Virus record (IMG/VR): IMGVR_UViG_3300020048_000099
Length of the DNA stretch: 64,000 nt
From: an uncultured virus (IMG/VR IMGVR_UViG_3300020048_000099)
Lineage: Duplodnaviria > Heunggongvirae > Uroviricota > Caudoviricetes
Reading direction: 5' to 3' (one strand)
Shown here: piece by piece, positions 18,501-28,313 of the stretch
Layout of the letters: each line of letters begins with the position of its first letter
Numbering within the stretch: the first letter of the stretch is position 1
Program-made: the position numbers and the translations under genes
The notes under the pieces: generated by a model
What the model was told of the DNA's origin: nothing
Databases searched by the model: none
What the model saw: only the letters and a program-made list of their open reading frames with translations

Positions 18501-21500
18501 AAAGGAGAGATAAAAGATAAATTAGGTAATATAGTTATTACAGAAGAAGATATACGTAAAGGTTTATATGATATAAGTGGTAATAAAATACTAACACCAT
18601 TTCTTAAGGCTGGAAAGTTTCTAATAGGCGCAGCTATTAGTGGTGCTATAAAGGCAAAAGATACTCTTTTAACTTTATTAAAAGGTGTTGGACCTATTGG
18701 CGAAAAATTAGTAAATGGTCTTTCTAATTTATTTTCGAATATAAATTTAGGTTTTGGTGGAGAGAAAACATATAATGTATTAGTTGAAATACGCGACATT
18801 TTAAAGTATGGTCCAGAATTAGCTAAAGCTGGTGATTTCATGGGTCCTCTCAGACCAGGTGAGTCAACTAAAGATAAGCTAACAAGCTATGCTGACAAAG
18901 CTAAAGGCTTCTTCGACAAAGTAACTGGAAAAACTGGTGCCGATGACTTCGTTGGCCCACTTCGGCCTGGCGAGACAACTAGTCAAAAACTATCTGGCTA
19001 TGCTGACAAAGCTAAAGGCTTCTTCGACAAAGTAACTGGAAAAACTGGTGCCGATGACTTCGTTGGCCCACTTCGGCCTGGCGAGACAACTAGTCAAAAA
19101 CTATCTGGCTATGCTGACAAAGCTAAAGGCTTCTTCGACAAAGTAACTGGAAAAACTGGTGCCGATGACTTCGTTGGCCCACTTCGGCCTGGCGAGACAA
19201 CTAAAGATAAGCTAACTGATAAAGCTAAAGATATTATTGATAAGTTAACAAAGTATGCTGACAAAGCCAAAATTAAAGCTAATGAAAAATTAGACGATAC
19301 TGGCGATGATCCAGACAATCCAAAACAGTCTCTTAGAAATAAGATGTCTAAGTTTAAAGATAAGTTAAAAGACAATAAGATAGTTAAAACAATAAAAGAA
19401 ACCATAACTAAAAAGAAACCAGATGATGCTGCTACTCCAGATTTAACACCACGATATACATCTAATACAAATGTTATTGATTCTATTATAGGTGGAGGAG
19501 GTAAAGTTATAAGTAAAGGTAAATCAATAGTAGATAATTTAAAAGAAGCTGCTCCAAATATTAAACAAGCTAAAGGTTTAAAAGGTAAAGCCGGTGTTAT
19601 ATTAGGGTCAATATTTAATAAAGATAAACAAGAAGAAGAACCAACAGAAAAGAGCACTAACAATAAATCAAAAGAAATTGTAAAAAAATCTAGTCCAGAT
19701 AGTGACAATAGTGCTGAAACTACAACTACTACAACTATATCTAATAATACAGATAAACCAGCTTTTAATGATAGAGATAATAGCGGTAGACGAGACGGTG
19801 CTGCCGAAGATAGACTAGCTAAACAAGAGGAAGATAGAAAAAAACGTAATGAAGGAAAAGAAGTTAAAGCTGACTTAGCGTTGCGTTATAAATCTGATCA
19901 AAATATTATTGACACTATAATGGAAAAAGCTAGTGGTGTCTTTAGTATGATAACAGGGGGCTTAAGTACATTATTCGCGTCAGGAGGCAGTGTTTTAGGA
20001 ACTATAGCTGGCGCCGCTGGTGGCCTATTCAAACTTATACCGGCAGCTATTAAAGCACCGTTTAAGATCGCTGGTAAGGTTATCGGTGCAGCTGGTAAAA
20101 TAGCTAAAACAGTAGGGGCTCCATTAGTTAGAGGAGTTGCTGCGGTTAGTAAAATAGGTGGAGTAGCTAAAGCTATTAAAATAGCAGGAATAGTTAGAAA
20201 CGCAGCATTAATCGGTGGCTTAATGACAGGCGGATTAGGAACAGTGGTTGGTGGTGTAATCGGTGTAGGAATGACAGCACTAGGCACTATTTTAACTTCA
20301 CCAGTTTTATTAGGAGCTGCAGCTATAGCTGCTGTTGCATATGGTAGTTATAAAGCATACAAATATTTTACTAAAAATAAAATAGATGATTTTGATAAAA
20401 TACGTATTATGCAATATGGTTTAGGATATGGAAAATTAGATGATTCATATAACCATTATGTACTTGAGTTAGAAGGTTATTTAGAATCAGGTAAAATAGG
20501 GTACGACGATGGCAAAGCATATTTTTTAGATAGAAAAATAGATAGAAAAGAATTGTTATCTATATTCTCTATAGATGAAAATGATGAAGAACAAATAAGT
20601 AAGTTTAACGAATGGTTTGGTAATAGATTTAAACCTTTCTTCTTAACACATTTAACAGCATTATTTTCTATTGATAGAAAACTTAAGCTTAGTGAAATAC
20701 ATAAATTAAAAGCTGCAGAAAAACTTAAATATTTAAATTTAATAAGTTTTGAAAGTGGTCCGTATACTGTGGCTACTAGTCCATTTAAAGAAATAGATTA
20801 TTTAAATGTTGACAAACAAGTAGTTCTTGATAAGATTAAATCAGTTATTGATTCACTTAAAGTTGATGCAGAGAAAGATAAGAAAAAACAAGAAACAGAG
20901 AAACCTAAAGTAGTGCCAGAACCAAAAGCACCGATTGTCCCTAAGCAAGCTGAACCAACAGTTCCAGATGAAAAACCAAAAGATAAGGATGATAAAAAAT
21001 CTGTACATGTAGACACTGGAGAGGAAGGTAAAAATAAAGAATCAGTAAGTTTTATGAAAAAGGCTGAAGATGCAAAATCAAATAATGGAATGTTTGCTAA
21101 CTTGATGTCTAGTATTAAAGGTGGATTTGAGGCAGAAAAAGAACCAAGTTCACCTGTCTCTGTTGGGTCTGTACCGGTAGCTCCTGGACCACTTAGTACT
21201 GGAGAAAATGCAAGTCAGTTTATTAAGTTACAACCTAACGTTAAATTAGACCATGTTAAACCACCATTATTAGATAATTTTAACTCTATGGTTCAAGAGT
21301 ATGGAGAAGAAACCGGTAAATCTTTAGTTGTTACTTCTGGTTCTAGAACTACAGCTGAACAAACTAGATTATATAAACAAGATCCATCTAAAGCAGCTAA
21401 ACCTGGTAGATCTTTACATGAATTTGGATTAGCTCTAGACGGAAACTCAGCTGATTTTAATAAAATGGATGAGTTAGGTCTAATGAGAAAGTATGGTTTT

Positions 21501-23045
21501 ACTAGACCTGTTGGTGGTGAACCTTGGCATATAGAGCCAGCTGGTATACAAGGTAATATTTCTTTAGCTAAAAATGATCCAACATTTGCTGAACAAGCTA
21601 TAGAAAATTCATTATTTAAAGGTGGTGGTGGTGCTGGTGCAACTAAAGGTACACCAAAGGGTAAACGTAATCCAGAGTTAGCCGCTAAGTTATTATCAGC
21701 TAACGATGATATAGTTAAACCTGAAGATAAGGATAAAGGTAAAGTAGAAGAAATAACTAAACCAAAAAGTGAGAGTAAAGCAGAACAAATTGTAGAAGCT
21801 AAAAAACCAGAAGAAAGTGAGTCTGTAAAGTTTTTAAATAATTTCCGTAAAGATAGAAAAGAAGTTTCACTTTATAAACCGGAAGTTGTAAATTCTACAG
21901 TTTCTGCATCTAATGATGATGTAAGCAAATCTTATAATACAGCTGAGAAATATTCTAAAAGAGATAGTTTACCAGATACTGAATTTAAACCAGATTATTC
22001 TATAGCCACAGCAAATGATGATAGAATAATAGATACTGGTGACAAAGGAGAAGTTAAACAATCTATAGTTAAAGCAGCTAATACTGTTGGTACAAACCCA
22101 TCATTTATGACAACGTTTGCAGCAGTAGAATCTAGTTTAAATCCAAATGCTAAAGCTAATACAAGTAGCGCATCTGGGTTATTTCAATTTACTAAAGGAA
22201 CTTGGAATGAACAAATTAGTAAACATGGTAGAAAATATGACCTAGATCCTAATACGTCTCCGACAGATGTAACCGCAAGTTCATTGATGGCGTCAGAATA
22301 TGTTAAGAGTAATACTAGGATACTTAAGTCAGTTAAAAGTGATCCTAATTTAACAGATATATATTTAGCTCATTTCTTAGGCGCTACAGGTGCTAGAAAG
22401 TTTTTGTCTGCGGATCCTGAAACAATAGGTGCTGAACTTTTACCTAGATCAGCTAAAAGTAATAAGAGTATTTTTTATAGTGGTGGTAGAGCTTTAACAA
22501 TAGGTGAAATATATAATAATTTATCAGCTAAATTACAAAATACGGCTAAAAACTTTGGTATAACTTTACAGACTAATAGTTTTACTAAATCAGGTAATAG
22601 TACAGATAAATTATCAACACCTCCAAATGAGTCTAAAAAACTTACTACGGAGACTGTTAATAATTCTGTTACTAAAACTGAACCTACTGTAAAAGTAAAA
22701 CCAGATACAGAGGTAAATGAAAGACAGCCCCCTATTAAATCAAAAGGCATATTTACACAACCACAAAATATTATTAACAATACACCTAATAATGTTACTT
22801 CTGATTTGTCTAGTAAAACACTTATTAATGTTGACTCAACTTTAAATAAATCACTAGATATTCAGACTAAGATGTTAGAAGTATTAAAAGAAATACTTGT
22901 TAATGTTGGTAATAATAAGCCAACAGGTAAAGGTCCAGCGGAAGTAAATAAAAAGGATCCACCTAATTTTAAAGGAGTTCCAGCTAATGGTGGTATAAAA
23001 AATATTCCAGAATCAGCCATTGATTTAAAACGTAAGTTTATTTAA
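15588..23045 (+). CDS. Giant tail-associated lysin/tape-measure-like protein, phiKZ gp181-like (S74 chaperone, 37-aa repeats, hydrophobic segment, M15 peptidase, lytic transglycosylase)
   Basis: KNTALPEFVKI and EIIPGYLSRILRE gp181-type motifs; SLHEFGLALD...EPWHIE (M15); AVESSLNP...ASGLFQF...YLAHFLG (gp144/gp181-type transglycosylase); divergent from gp180 as in phiKZ. Confidence 0.88.
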   Translation: MAKVVDHDFDDFKLDEDLNFDNFDMGALDTVISKEAKAKDRNPVITVVSDASRGVIKGATNKLTDPSFLGGIVKDALPDTYRETLNTVDEVSGTALSLYDNAVKEIRPQLSRFATKVDRLVPEESKLLKKLTSGFSNFVGPEETKYKSMSKEEIQNQSIASSLSSIFDAQQNTTLELAARDSIEDKIKDKIEQRRFTSNYGLLSSISSNINRLTIYNDKINQAYQKKSLEIQLRSYFVQTETLQTTSKYFEIFKAQNEVIVKNTALPEFVKIHNSERFQEIARSKLFGKIQNSIFGDESTIGKGIKNIANSAKQFISSFKDGLENAISGVEAMEQIKELNDSAAEFGGESITAAGMGGEAAAGWAADWLGGKVTGGLKKFLDSRPEVAENGYKLANMLKNTGGKAKGYRLSDEHEARLNKDGIKGKAASIFDWFLSNFQDTAPNLSIADVNSSAKLNEPSIFSEKTQKSITEIIPGYLSRILREVTSISTGDKNTDLVMFDYGTSKFINKKALSDKIIKRLQDKSKQTSVSHRVDNVAKELLGDTQVNDGDSNTIKNFLANISTLTNFDRTPENIKKTKYFKDLPEHIKKIISDSLDSKFAEGPKFEENKYKFDSGMDNLSSSMKDLRGDILDIVNSGNAEILEDNGLLKQTESGRYYADREQYFNLLKQPINKDIDTDNHFGSLSDVHAKRSIVKYSPKKTLEGINKTKLFNWRYKEGKGDNEPHMGPMAQDLNKNLGEEAAPGGTKIDLTTMNGANMAAIQALKDEQDKQLKGKDTEVILEKIRDNTSEIIEIIKGKSFNFGFGSLGGTGGSTQNTGKEYSDIAGNIFTNTAKLIGKSANDIFESAGKTFTFAKDKGIKPLIKGLDSLYENNKDSAGKAIKSIITGAGTLASTLFKTTSDLITDIVPKGLKKLKEVATKTKDFISKTLVKNVDIYIRGMSVPVIRANLLELGEYFDAKTGEVITSITEIKGEIKDKLGNIVITEEDIRKGLYDISGNKILTPFLKAGKFLIGAAISGAIKAKDTLLTLLKGVGPIGEKLVNGLSNLFSNINLGFGGEKTYNVLVEIRDILKYGPELAKAGDFMGPLRPGESTKDKLTSYADKAKGFFDKVTGKTGADDFVGPLRPGETTSQKLSGYADKAKGFFDKVTGKTGADDFVGPLRPGETTSQKLSGYADKAKGFFDKVTGKTGADDFVGPLRPGETTKDKLTDKAKDIIDKLTKYADKAKIKANEKLDDTGDDPDNPKQSLRNKMSKFKDKLKDNKIVKTIKETITKKKPDDAATPDLTPRYTSNTNVIDSIIGGGGKVISKGKSIVDNLKEAAPNIKQAKGLKGKAGVILGSIFNKDKQEEEPTEKSTNNKSKEIVKKSSPDSDNSAETTTTTTISNNTDKPAFNDRDNSGRRDGAAEDRLAKQEEDRKKRNEGKEVKADLALRYKSDQNIIDTIMEKASGVFSMITGGLSTLFASGGSVLGTIAGAAGGLFKLIPAAIKAPFKIAGKVIGAAGKIAKTVGAPLVRGVAAVSKIGGVAKAIKIAGIVRNAALIGGLMTGGLGTVVGGVIGVGMTALGTILTSPVLLGAAAIAAVAYGSYKAYKYFTKNKIDDFDKIRIMQYGLGYGKLDDSYNHYVLELEGYLESGKIGYDDGKAYFLDRKIDRKELLSIFSIDENDEEQISKFNEWFGNRFKPFFLTHLTALFSIDRKLKLSEIHKLKAAEKLKYLNLISFESGPYTVATSPFKEIDYLNVDKQVVLDKIKSVIDSLKVDAEKDKKKQETEKPKVVPEPKAPIVPKQAEPTVPDEKPKDKDDKKSVHVDTGEEGKNKESVSFMKKAEDAKSNNGMFANLMSSIKGGFEAEKEPSSPVSVGSVPVAPGPLSTGENASQFIKLQPNVKLDHVKPPLLDNFNSMVQEYGEETGKSLVVTSGSRTTAEQTRLYKQDPSKAAKPGRSLHEFGLALDGNSADFNKMDELGLMRKYGFTRPVGGEPWHIEPAGIQGNISLAKNDPTFAEQAIENSLFKGGGGAGATKGTPKGKRNPELAAKLLSANDDIVKPEDKDKGKVEEITKPKSESKAEQIVEAKKPEESESVKFLNNFRKDRKEVSLYKPEVVNSTVSASNDDVSKSYNTAEKYSKRDSLPDTEFKPDYSIATANDDRIIDTGDKGEVKQSIVKAANTVGTNPSFMTTFAAVESSLNPNAKANTSSASGLFQFTKGTWNEQISKHGRKYDLDPNTSPTDVTASSLMASEYVKSNTRILKSVKSDPNLTDIYLAHFLGATGARKFLSADPETIGAELLPRSAKSNKSIFYSGGRALTIGEIYNNLSAKLQNTAKNFGITLQTNSFTKSGNSTDKLSTPPNESKKLTTETVNNSVTKTEPTVKVKPDTEVNERQPPIKSKGIFTQPQNIINNTPNNVTSDLSSKTLINVDSTLNKSLDIQTKMLEVLKEILVNVGNNKPTGKGPAEVNKKDPPNFKGVPANGGIKNIPESAIDLKRKFI
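18830..19220 (+). repeat. 111-nt (37-aa) in-frame tandem repeat, about 3.5 copies
   Basis: tatgctgacaaagctaaaggcttcttcgac recurs at 18888, 18999 and 19110; unit GADDFVGPLRPGETTSQKLSGYADKAKGFFDKVTGKT. Confidence 0.95.
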
Positions 23046-23048
23046 TAT

Positions 23049-23076
23049 TTTACAACGGCAGAAATGCCGTTGTAAA
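23049..23076 (+). terminator. Hairpin with GAAA tetraloop after the gp181-like gene
   Basis: tttacaacggca-gaaa-tgccgttgtaaa. Confidence 0.6.
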
Positions 23077-23113
23077 TAAATACAAATCTAAAATAATTGT
23101 AAAAGGAATAACC

Positions 23114-25207
23114 ATGGCAGAAGGTACTACAGATATTAATCCAAGAATTATCGAAATAGATGGCCAAGCTATTTTTAATAACAGTATTAAAATTAAAGAC
23201 CAATCTGATAGCATATTAGATAATACTTGGTCTAGAAGTGCATTTTTAATAAGTGATAGTAAAATTGCTAATGTAACAGATAAAGCAAATAGATACTGGT
23301 CATCAGCTACTAATAAGTTCGTAGATACTAGATTAGGCGGTAATATAGGTATAAATTCTAGACCACAGTTTACTAGATATAGTGACATTAGAGTTAAAGG
23401 TAACTTAGCTGGAAGACAAGATGTTAAACTAGATTCTGTTACTGGAAATTATGGCATGGGAAGATATTACAGTGAGGCCATAGATGATTCTTCTCAAATA
23501 GTATATATGAGATTTGGCGTACCTCAATTTAATTCTTTAACTGACTATTTGTTACGAGCTTTTGATAGCAGCTCAGTAGCTTTAGCTAGAACTGGTAGAA
23601 CTCCTAGTGCATTCTTTACGGCTGGACGGTTAGTTGGAACCGCAGTTGGAGTTAAAGCTTTTCCAGTAATTGCAATAACTATTTTAGCTGGTAAAGCTAT
23701 TAATGCTGTATTTCTTAGACCAACTAGTAAATTTTACACTATGAAACCAACTATGCATTTGTATTGGTCTACTGTAAATACACTAGTAAATACTCTGGCT
23801 ATTAATAAAGGGATATTACCAAAAATTATGGCTAGTGAAGAAGATGAAAAGTTAGGCAGACCTTTTACGTTAGATCAAGATTATTTAAATGCTATTAGTT
23901 CACTTATGCCAGACATCTTTACAGGATCTAATTATTTTAATATATGGTCAACTGCCAATAAGGCACAACGTATGGCCAATCAACAATATGTTAACGATTA
24001 CGATGATGCAGATAAGTCATCGCCTACTGATTATACCGGTAGATTAATGAAAACTATGACTGGTAATGGCAGCCATGTAACAAATATTAGAGATGATAAT
24101 GGTAAGGCTGGAATATCTGGAGCTATAGAACGATTAATTCAATTTGGTTACTATATAGAAAATGATGAAAAATCAGAAAAGTTAGAACTAGATCCAAGAG
24201 CTAAAGAAAATAAAGATCCAAATTGGTATCAAGAATTCTTTACATATTTTGATGCTGATTTTAGAGGAGGTGCACAATTTGCAACATTTAGAGTTGATAA
24301 CACTGGTTCTGTCTCTGAATCATTTGGTAATAGTACAGTGGAGTCAGATTTATCTAGTAAAATAAATGGTTTATCTTCACAAGCGAGACAAGCAAGATTT
24401 AGTTTTGCTGATGGTAATATAATAGGTGGCAATATAATTGGTGATCTTGTACAGGGAACGATAGGGGCTGCTAAAGATTTAATGGTGGGTGCGTTAGATG
24501 GTGTTACTGTAGGATTTAGTACGCTATTAATGGGGATAGGTGGTTCAGGCTATATGGACATACCTAAAAACTGGCAAAGTTCTACAGCCACACTTCCTAA
24601 GTCTAATTACACCATACAGTTAATTAGTCCATATGGTAATCCAATGTCACAAATGATCAACATATATATACCTCTATGTATGCTATTAGCTGGAAGTTTA
24701 CCTCTATCAACAGGTAAGCAATCATATACTAGTCCGTTTTTATGTCAAATATATGACAGAGGCAGATGTCAGGTTAGGTTAGGGATGATAGAATCACTAT
24801 CTATTACTAGAGGAACTAGTAGTTTAGCATTTAATAAAATTGGTGCACCATTAGCTATAGATGTCAGCTTTAGTGTGGTAGATTTATCTAGCATAATGCA
24901 TATGCCTGTGTCGTCAGGTAAAATATTTGAGTTTGATATAACACTAGATGAAGATAATATATTGACAGATTATCTGGCTGTGTTAGCTAATCAAAGTATG
25001 TGGTCACAAATATATCCAATGGCAAAGGCTAAATTAACAATAGCTAAAGAAATTATGAAATATAATAAATTAACATCAGCTTCATATTGGAGTTCATTAT
25101 TTCATGAGTCGGCAACATCTGGAACTATCGAAACAGCAACATTAGGACTATTCAATGTATTTGAAGGATTGGCTAGAAATTCTAGTTTAGTTGAAGCAAA
25201 AATGTAA
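23114..25207 (+). CDS. Virion tail/baseplate structural protein, phiKZ gp182-like
   Basis: DTRLGGN..IN.RPQFTRYSD, GMGRYYSEAIDD, MRFGVPQFNSL and SYTSPFLC motifs; follows gp181. Confidence 0.8.
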   Translation: MAEGTTDINPRIIEIDGQAIFNNSIKIKDQSDSILDNTWSRSAFLISDSKIANVTDKANRYWSSATNKFVDTRLGGNIGINSRPQFTRYSDIRVKGNLAGRQDVKLDSVTGNYGMGRYYSEAIDDSSQIVYMRFGVPQFNSLTDYLLRAFDSSSVALARTGRTPSAFFTAGRLVGTAVGVKAFPVIAITILAGKAINAVFLRPTSKFYTMKPTMHLYWSTVNTLVNTLAINKGILPKIMASEEDEKLGRPFTLDQDYLNAISSLMPDIFTGSNYFNIWSTANKAQRMANQQYVNDYDDADKSSPTDYTGRLMKTMTGNGSHVTNIRDDNGKAGISGAIERLIQFGYYIENDEKSEKLELDPRAKENKDPNWYQEFFTYFDADFRGGAQFATFRVDNTGSVSESFGNSTVESDLSSKINGLSSQARQARFSFADGNIIGGNIIGDLVQGTIGAAKDLMVGALDGVTVGFSTLLMGIGGSGYMDIPKNWQSSTATLPKSNYTIQLISPYGNPMSQMINIYIPLCMLLAGSLPLSTGKQSYTSPFLCQIYDRGRCQVRLGMIESLSITRGTSSLAFNKIGAPLAIDVSFSVVDLSSIMHMPVSSGKIFEFDITLDEDNILTDYLAVLANQSMWSQIYPMAKAKLTIAKEIMKYNKLTSASYWSSLFHESATSGTIETATLGLFNVFEGLARNSSLVEAKM

Positions 25208-25208
25208 T

Positions 25209-25245
25209 AATATACAAGCTTGCTTATCAGGCAAGCTTGTATATT
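25209..25245. terminator. Bidirectional terminator between convergent genes
   Basis: 15-bp stem aatatacaagcttgc/gcaagcttgtatatt. Confidence 0.8.
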
Positions 25246-26527
25246 AAATAAATGTGTATGAATTTGTTGATGCTATTTTTTGTATATTATTAGTGCCGTT
25301 TACGAAATCAAAACCACCTAATGAATCTCCTGTATTAATAGCTTGATTAACACTAATTGCTTTTTTAACTCTATCTTTCATATTAACAAAAACACTAGTA
25401 TCAAATTCGTCACTTGGTGAATTTGTATTTATAAAATCAAATCCTTGTGATGGGTTACTATTTCCAACTATTGCAGCATTTGTAAATAATGAATCAGGGG
25501 CATGTATATCGTCTAATGCATTTAAATCAGTATAATCAGTAGAAAGTATTTTACTAGTAAATAATTTAGACGTATCTGTATTAGTGGCTCCTAGTTTACT
25601 TATAGAAGGTGCACCATCATATGGACTAAGCGCCCATTTATCATCAATAGTGCTTAATGAACCAACGACACTATCATTATAAATATTATAATTTACTTCT
25701 GTTAAACCATCTGGATTTTTAAAATTTTTAAATACGTCACTTATAGCATTTGGATTTTGAGCTACTATATTTTTACTAGCTGCTGTTCCAGCTACTGCTC
25801 CAGCAAGATCAATTATTCCAGCTGAATTACCTGTTGAAGTTAATCCTTTAAATACACCAACAGCTGCTTTAGATATTACAGAGCCACTAGCTCCTTCTGT
25901 CAATGCACTAAAAACTCCGCATAAATTACCTTTATAACCCATACCAGCTAAATTTATTAAATTCTTTATTAGATTATTGATGTCATTAAACTTAGCATCT
26001 AAGCCACCATTTGTTAATTTATTTAAAATATCACTAATAGTGCTGGTACTACAACCTCCGCTCTTTACAGGTTTTTTCTTACCATTACAATCTAATTCAG
26101 GCCAATTAGGTTTTCCAATACCACCATCTTTCATAGCATCATTTTTACAACTATCGGATAACTTATTAAACGCATTTTGTGCTTGTGTATTACCCGGTAA
26201 TAATCCTGCAACTGCTTTATCTATATCTTTTTTATTCAATGCAGTTAAGTCTTTAGTAACCGCTCCTAAAGATTTAACAGCTCTTTCTGGTGTAGCCGGT
26301 ATATTGGGAGCATTACTCGCTATAGCCGCTACAACAGATGGTACTGGTATTTCTGATGGTGGTGTTTCTATCGCCGATTTTATAAGAGATTCTAATTCAG
26401 CAGATGGATTTTTATCTGCATTATTAGGGGAATTAAATATAGCGTTATCTGCAATACTTTTAAAATCTACAGTTGCTATATTAGATTCTTCATCGAGTAC
26501 TTTAAATCTAGTTGCTGAGATAGCCAT
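25244..26527 (-). CDS. Hypothetical, probably virion protein
   Basis: 427-aa ORF with AGAGG RBS; no recognised catalytic motif. Confidence 0.6.
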   Translation of the reverse strand: MAISATRFKVLDEESNIATVDFKSIADNAIFNSPNNADKNPSAELESLIKSAIETPPSEIPVPSVVAAIASNAPNIPATPERAVKSLGAVTKDLTALNKKDIDKAVAGLLPGNTQAQNAFNKLSDSCKNDAMKDGGIGKPNWPELDCNGKKKPVKSGGCSTSTISDILNKLTNGGLDAKFNDINNLIKNLINLAGMGYKGNLCGVFSALTEGASGSVISKAAVGVFKGLTSTGNSAGIIDLAGAVAGTAASKNIVAQNPNAISDVFKNFKNPDGLTEVNYNIYNDSVVGSLSTIDDKWALSPYDGAPSISKLGATNTDTSKLFTSKILSTDYTDLNALDDIHAPDSLFTNAAIVGNSNPSQGFDFINTNSPSDEFDTSVFVNMKDRVKKAISVNQAINTGDSLGGFDFVNGTNNIQKIASTNSYTFI

Positions 26528-26587
26528 ATAAACCTCTATTTTAAGTTATTCTACCAAAAGATAAACATCTTTAGTTAATAAACAAAA

Positions 26588-26619
26588 AAAACACACCTAC
26601 TTGTTAGCAGGTGTGTTTT
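26588..26619 (-). terminator. Intrinsic terminator
   Basis: aaaacacacct/aggtgtgtttt stem with a T-tract on the minus strand. Confidence 0.7.
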
Positions 26620-26633
26620 AAATAATAATTGCT

Positions 26634-27401
26634 TTAACTATCTTCTTTAACGATTTCTTCAACCGTCTCCTTTGTAATATTTACAACTATTTCTTTTTCT
26701 TCAGCACTCATGGCAAGATGTACTGGTTTATTATTCATTTTTATTTTGTTAAATTGCTTTTTCTTATTCTCCAGCATAGTAGCTTCTTTCTTCATAGACT
26801 CGCTTGTAATGATAGCGTACTGATAAATAGTAGAATCTTTTTCATCTAAGAGAAATTGAAAATTTGGCTCTCTACTTTCTTTAAGAGCTTTACGAATTTC
26901 TTCGTAACCCTGAATAAACCATTTAAAGAAAGTAGGACGAACTCTAACACCAGAATGTCTATTTACATAATAGCAATCAAATGGTAGTGAACTATCGCAT
27001 ATGTTAGTGACTAAGTCTAAATTAGAACTAACTCTTTGCCAGTTTGCGTCCATGATTATAGCTTTAAAATTAACTACTCTACAGTCGGTTAATTTTTTAG
27101 CAAATGCGTGTAACTTTTGACCACCCATAGTACGAATTCTGTCATCACGTTCTTTAGAACGAATATAGTGCCAAAAAGATTCTATATTTACAAACTTACC
27201 AAAGATGTTATGGCGCAATGGTATTCTTGAACGATGTGACAGAAGTTGTCCTAATTCGGTATCACCACTTTCCCAGATATTAATGTGATCTTCACCATCT
27301 TTACCCAATAACATAGGTGATGAAGAAGGGTCTTTAATATCGTCTTTCTTTACAACAATTTTGTTTTTTACCGACGCAAGCATATCGGACATAGAGTTCA
27401 T
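26634..27401 (-). CDS. NADAR/YbiA-like (T4 gp30.3-like) domain protein
   Basis: DHINI...TELGQLLS...P.....GKF..IESFW...DRIRTMGG resembles the LSNF..PF...F..LEGF...R.F.LSG pattern of NADAR proteins. Confidence 0.5.
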   Translation of the reverse strand: MNSMSDMLASVKNKIVVKKDDIKDPSSSPMLLGKDGEDHINIWESGDTELGQLLSHRSRIPLRHNIFGKFVNIESFWHYIRSKERDDRIRTMGGQKLHAFAKKLTDCRVVNFKAIIMDANWQRVSSNLDLVTNICDSSLPFDCYYVNRHSGVRVRPTFFKWFIQGYEEIRKALKESREPNFQFLLDEKDSTIYQYAIITSESMKKEATMLENKKKQFNKIKMNNKPVHLAMSAEEKEIVVNITKETVEEIVKEDS

Positions 27402-27943
27402 GATGTGTTTTCCTTAAAAGCTATACTAACATTATATAAATTAGTTTTGGTGTAAACCATAACTAAGAGATAAAGAGTGATTAACCAAAAATTATCTTTT
27501 AACAATTCTCTTATAGTGGCACTTGGCATATATAGTGTTTCTAATAATTCATCATTAATTAAAGATAGATCTGAATCAGGTCTAGGTTTATTTAATGTTA
27601 CTGAAGCCGTTATACTGTTTATTAACTCATCAGTTAAATAATAGTCTTTACACGATATGAGAAAACTAAATCTATCAGTCAAGTTTAAAACAAAATCACG
27701 TATAGCGGCATTAGTAAAGACAGATTCTACTTTATCGTTAATAGATTGCATAATAAAAAACTTATAATGATCTTCAGAGCATAAGTTCATAATATATTCA
27801 ATAACGACTAAACTACTATCTTTACCACTATCAAAAAGCTCTAACTTAGCTATTTCTATATCAAATGATTCAATAAGAGAGTTTTTAACAAAGTTCATTT
27901 GTTCATAAGATAACATAATAGTTGTTGCTGGATTAATCGACAT
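27398..27943 (-). CDS. Hypothetical protein
   Basis: 181-aa ORF in an overlapping operon. Confidence 0.65.
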   Translation of the reverse strand: MSINPATTIMLSYEQMNFVKNSLIESFDIEIAKLELFDSGKDSSLVVIEYIMNLCSEDHYKFFIMQSINDKVESVFTNAAIRDFVLNLTDRFSFLISCKDYYLTDELINSITASVTLNKPRPDSDLSLINDELLETLYMPSATIRELLKDNFWLITLYLLVMVYTKTNLYNVSIAFKENTS

Positions 27944-28313
27944 TTGTTAAATCCTCATTTTGATCTAGAACTACGGTTTTATTATGGTTAGTAATAGAAC
28001 CATTTGCATGATATAATGTAATCTTAATATCGAACTTTTTAACATTTATGAAAAGAAGACCTTTAATAAATACCTTCCATGTCATAGTTGATTTTAAAAG
28101 TTCTTTCTTAAGATTACCCCTAGCGCTAGATACTTCTTCACTATTAATAGGTATATTAGCTTTAATCATATATCTATTAATAAGTATATTAAACCTATGT
28201 ATGTTTATATCTAGCTCATCTAATACCGTTCTAAATAAACTAGCTAAAACACTATCTGATGTACCAGATGATATTTTATCACCATATGGTTTAGTATTCT
28301 CTTTGATGTTCAT
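27933..28313 (-). CDS. Conserved jumbo-phage hypothetical protein
   Basis: 126 aa; LASLFR...RGNLKKEL...MTWKVF.KGL motif. Confidence 0.65.
   Translation of the reverse strand: MNIKENTKPYGDKISSGTSDSVLASLFRTVLDELDINIHRFNILINRYMIKANIPINSEEVSSARGNLKKELLKSTMTWKVFIKGLLFINVKKFDIKITLYHANGSITNHNKTVVLDQNEDLTNVD

Noticed and set aside
18830..19220. Possible CRISPR array
   Set aside because: Contiguous in-frame coding repeats without unique spacers; no cas genes in the window.
15605..23388. Many minus-strand ORFs opposite gp181/gp182, and similar antisense ORFs elsewhere (e.g. 25977, 37312, 40816, 47892, 54233, 63387, 63639)
   Set aside because: Shadow frames of long genes with biased codon usage; no RBS or recognisable motifs.
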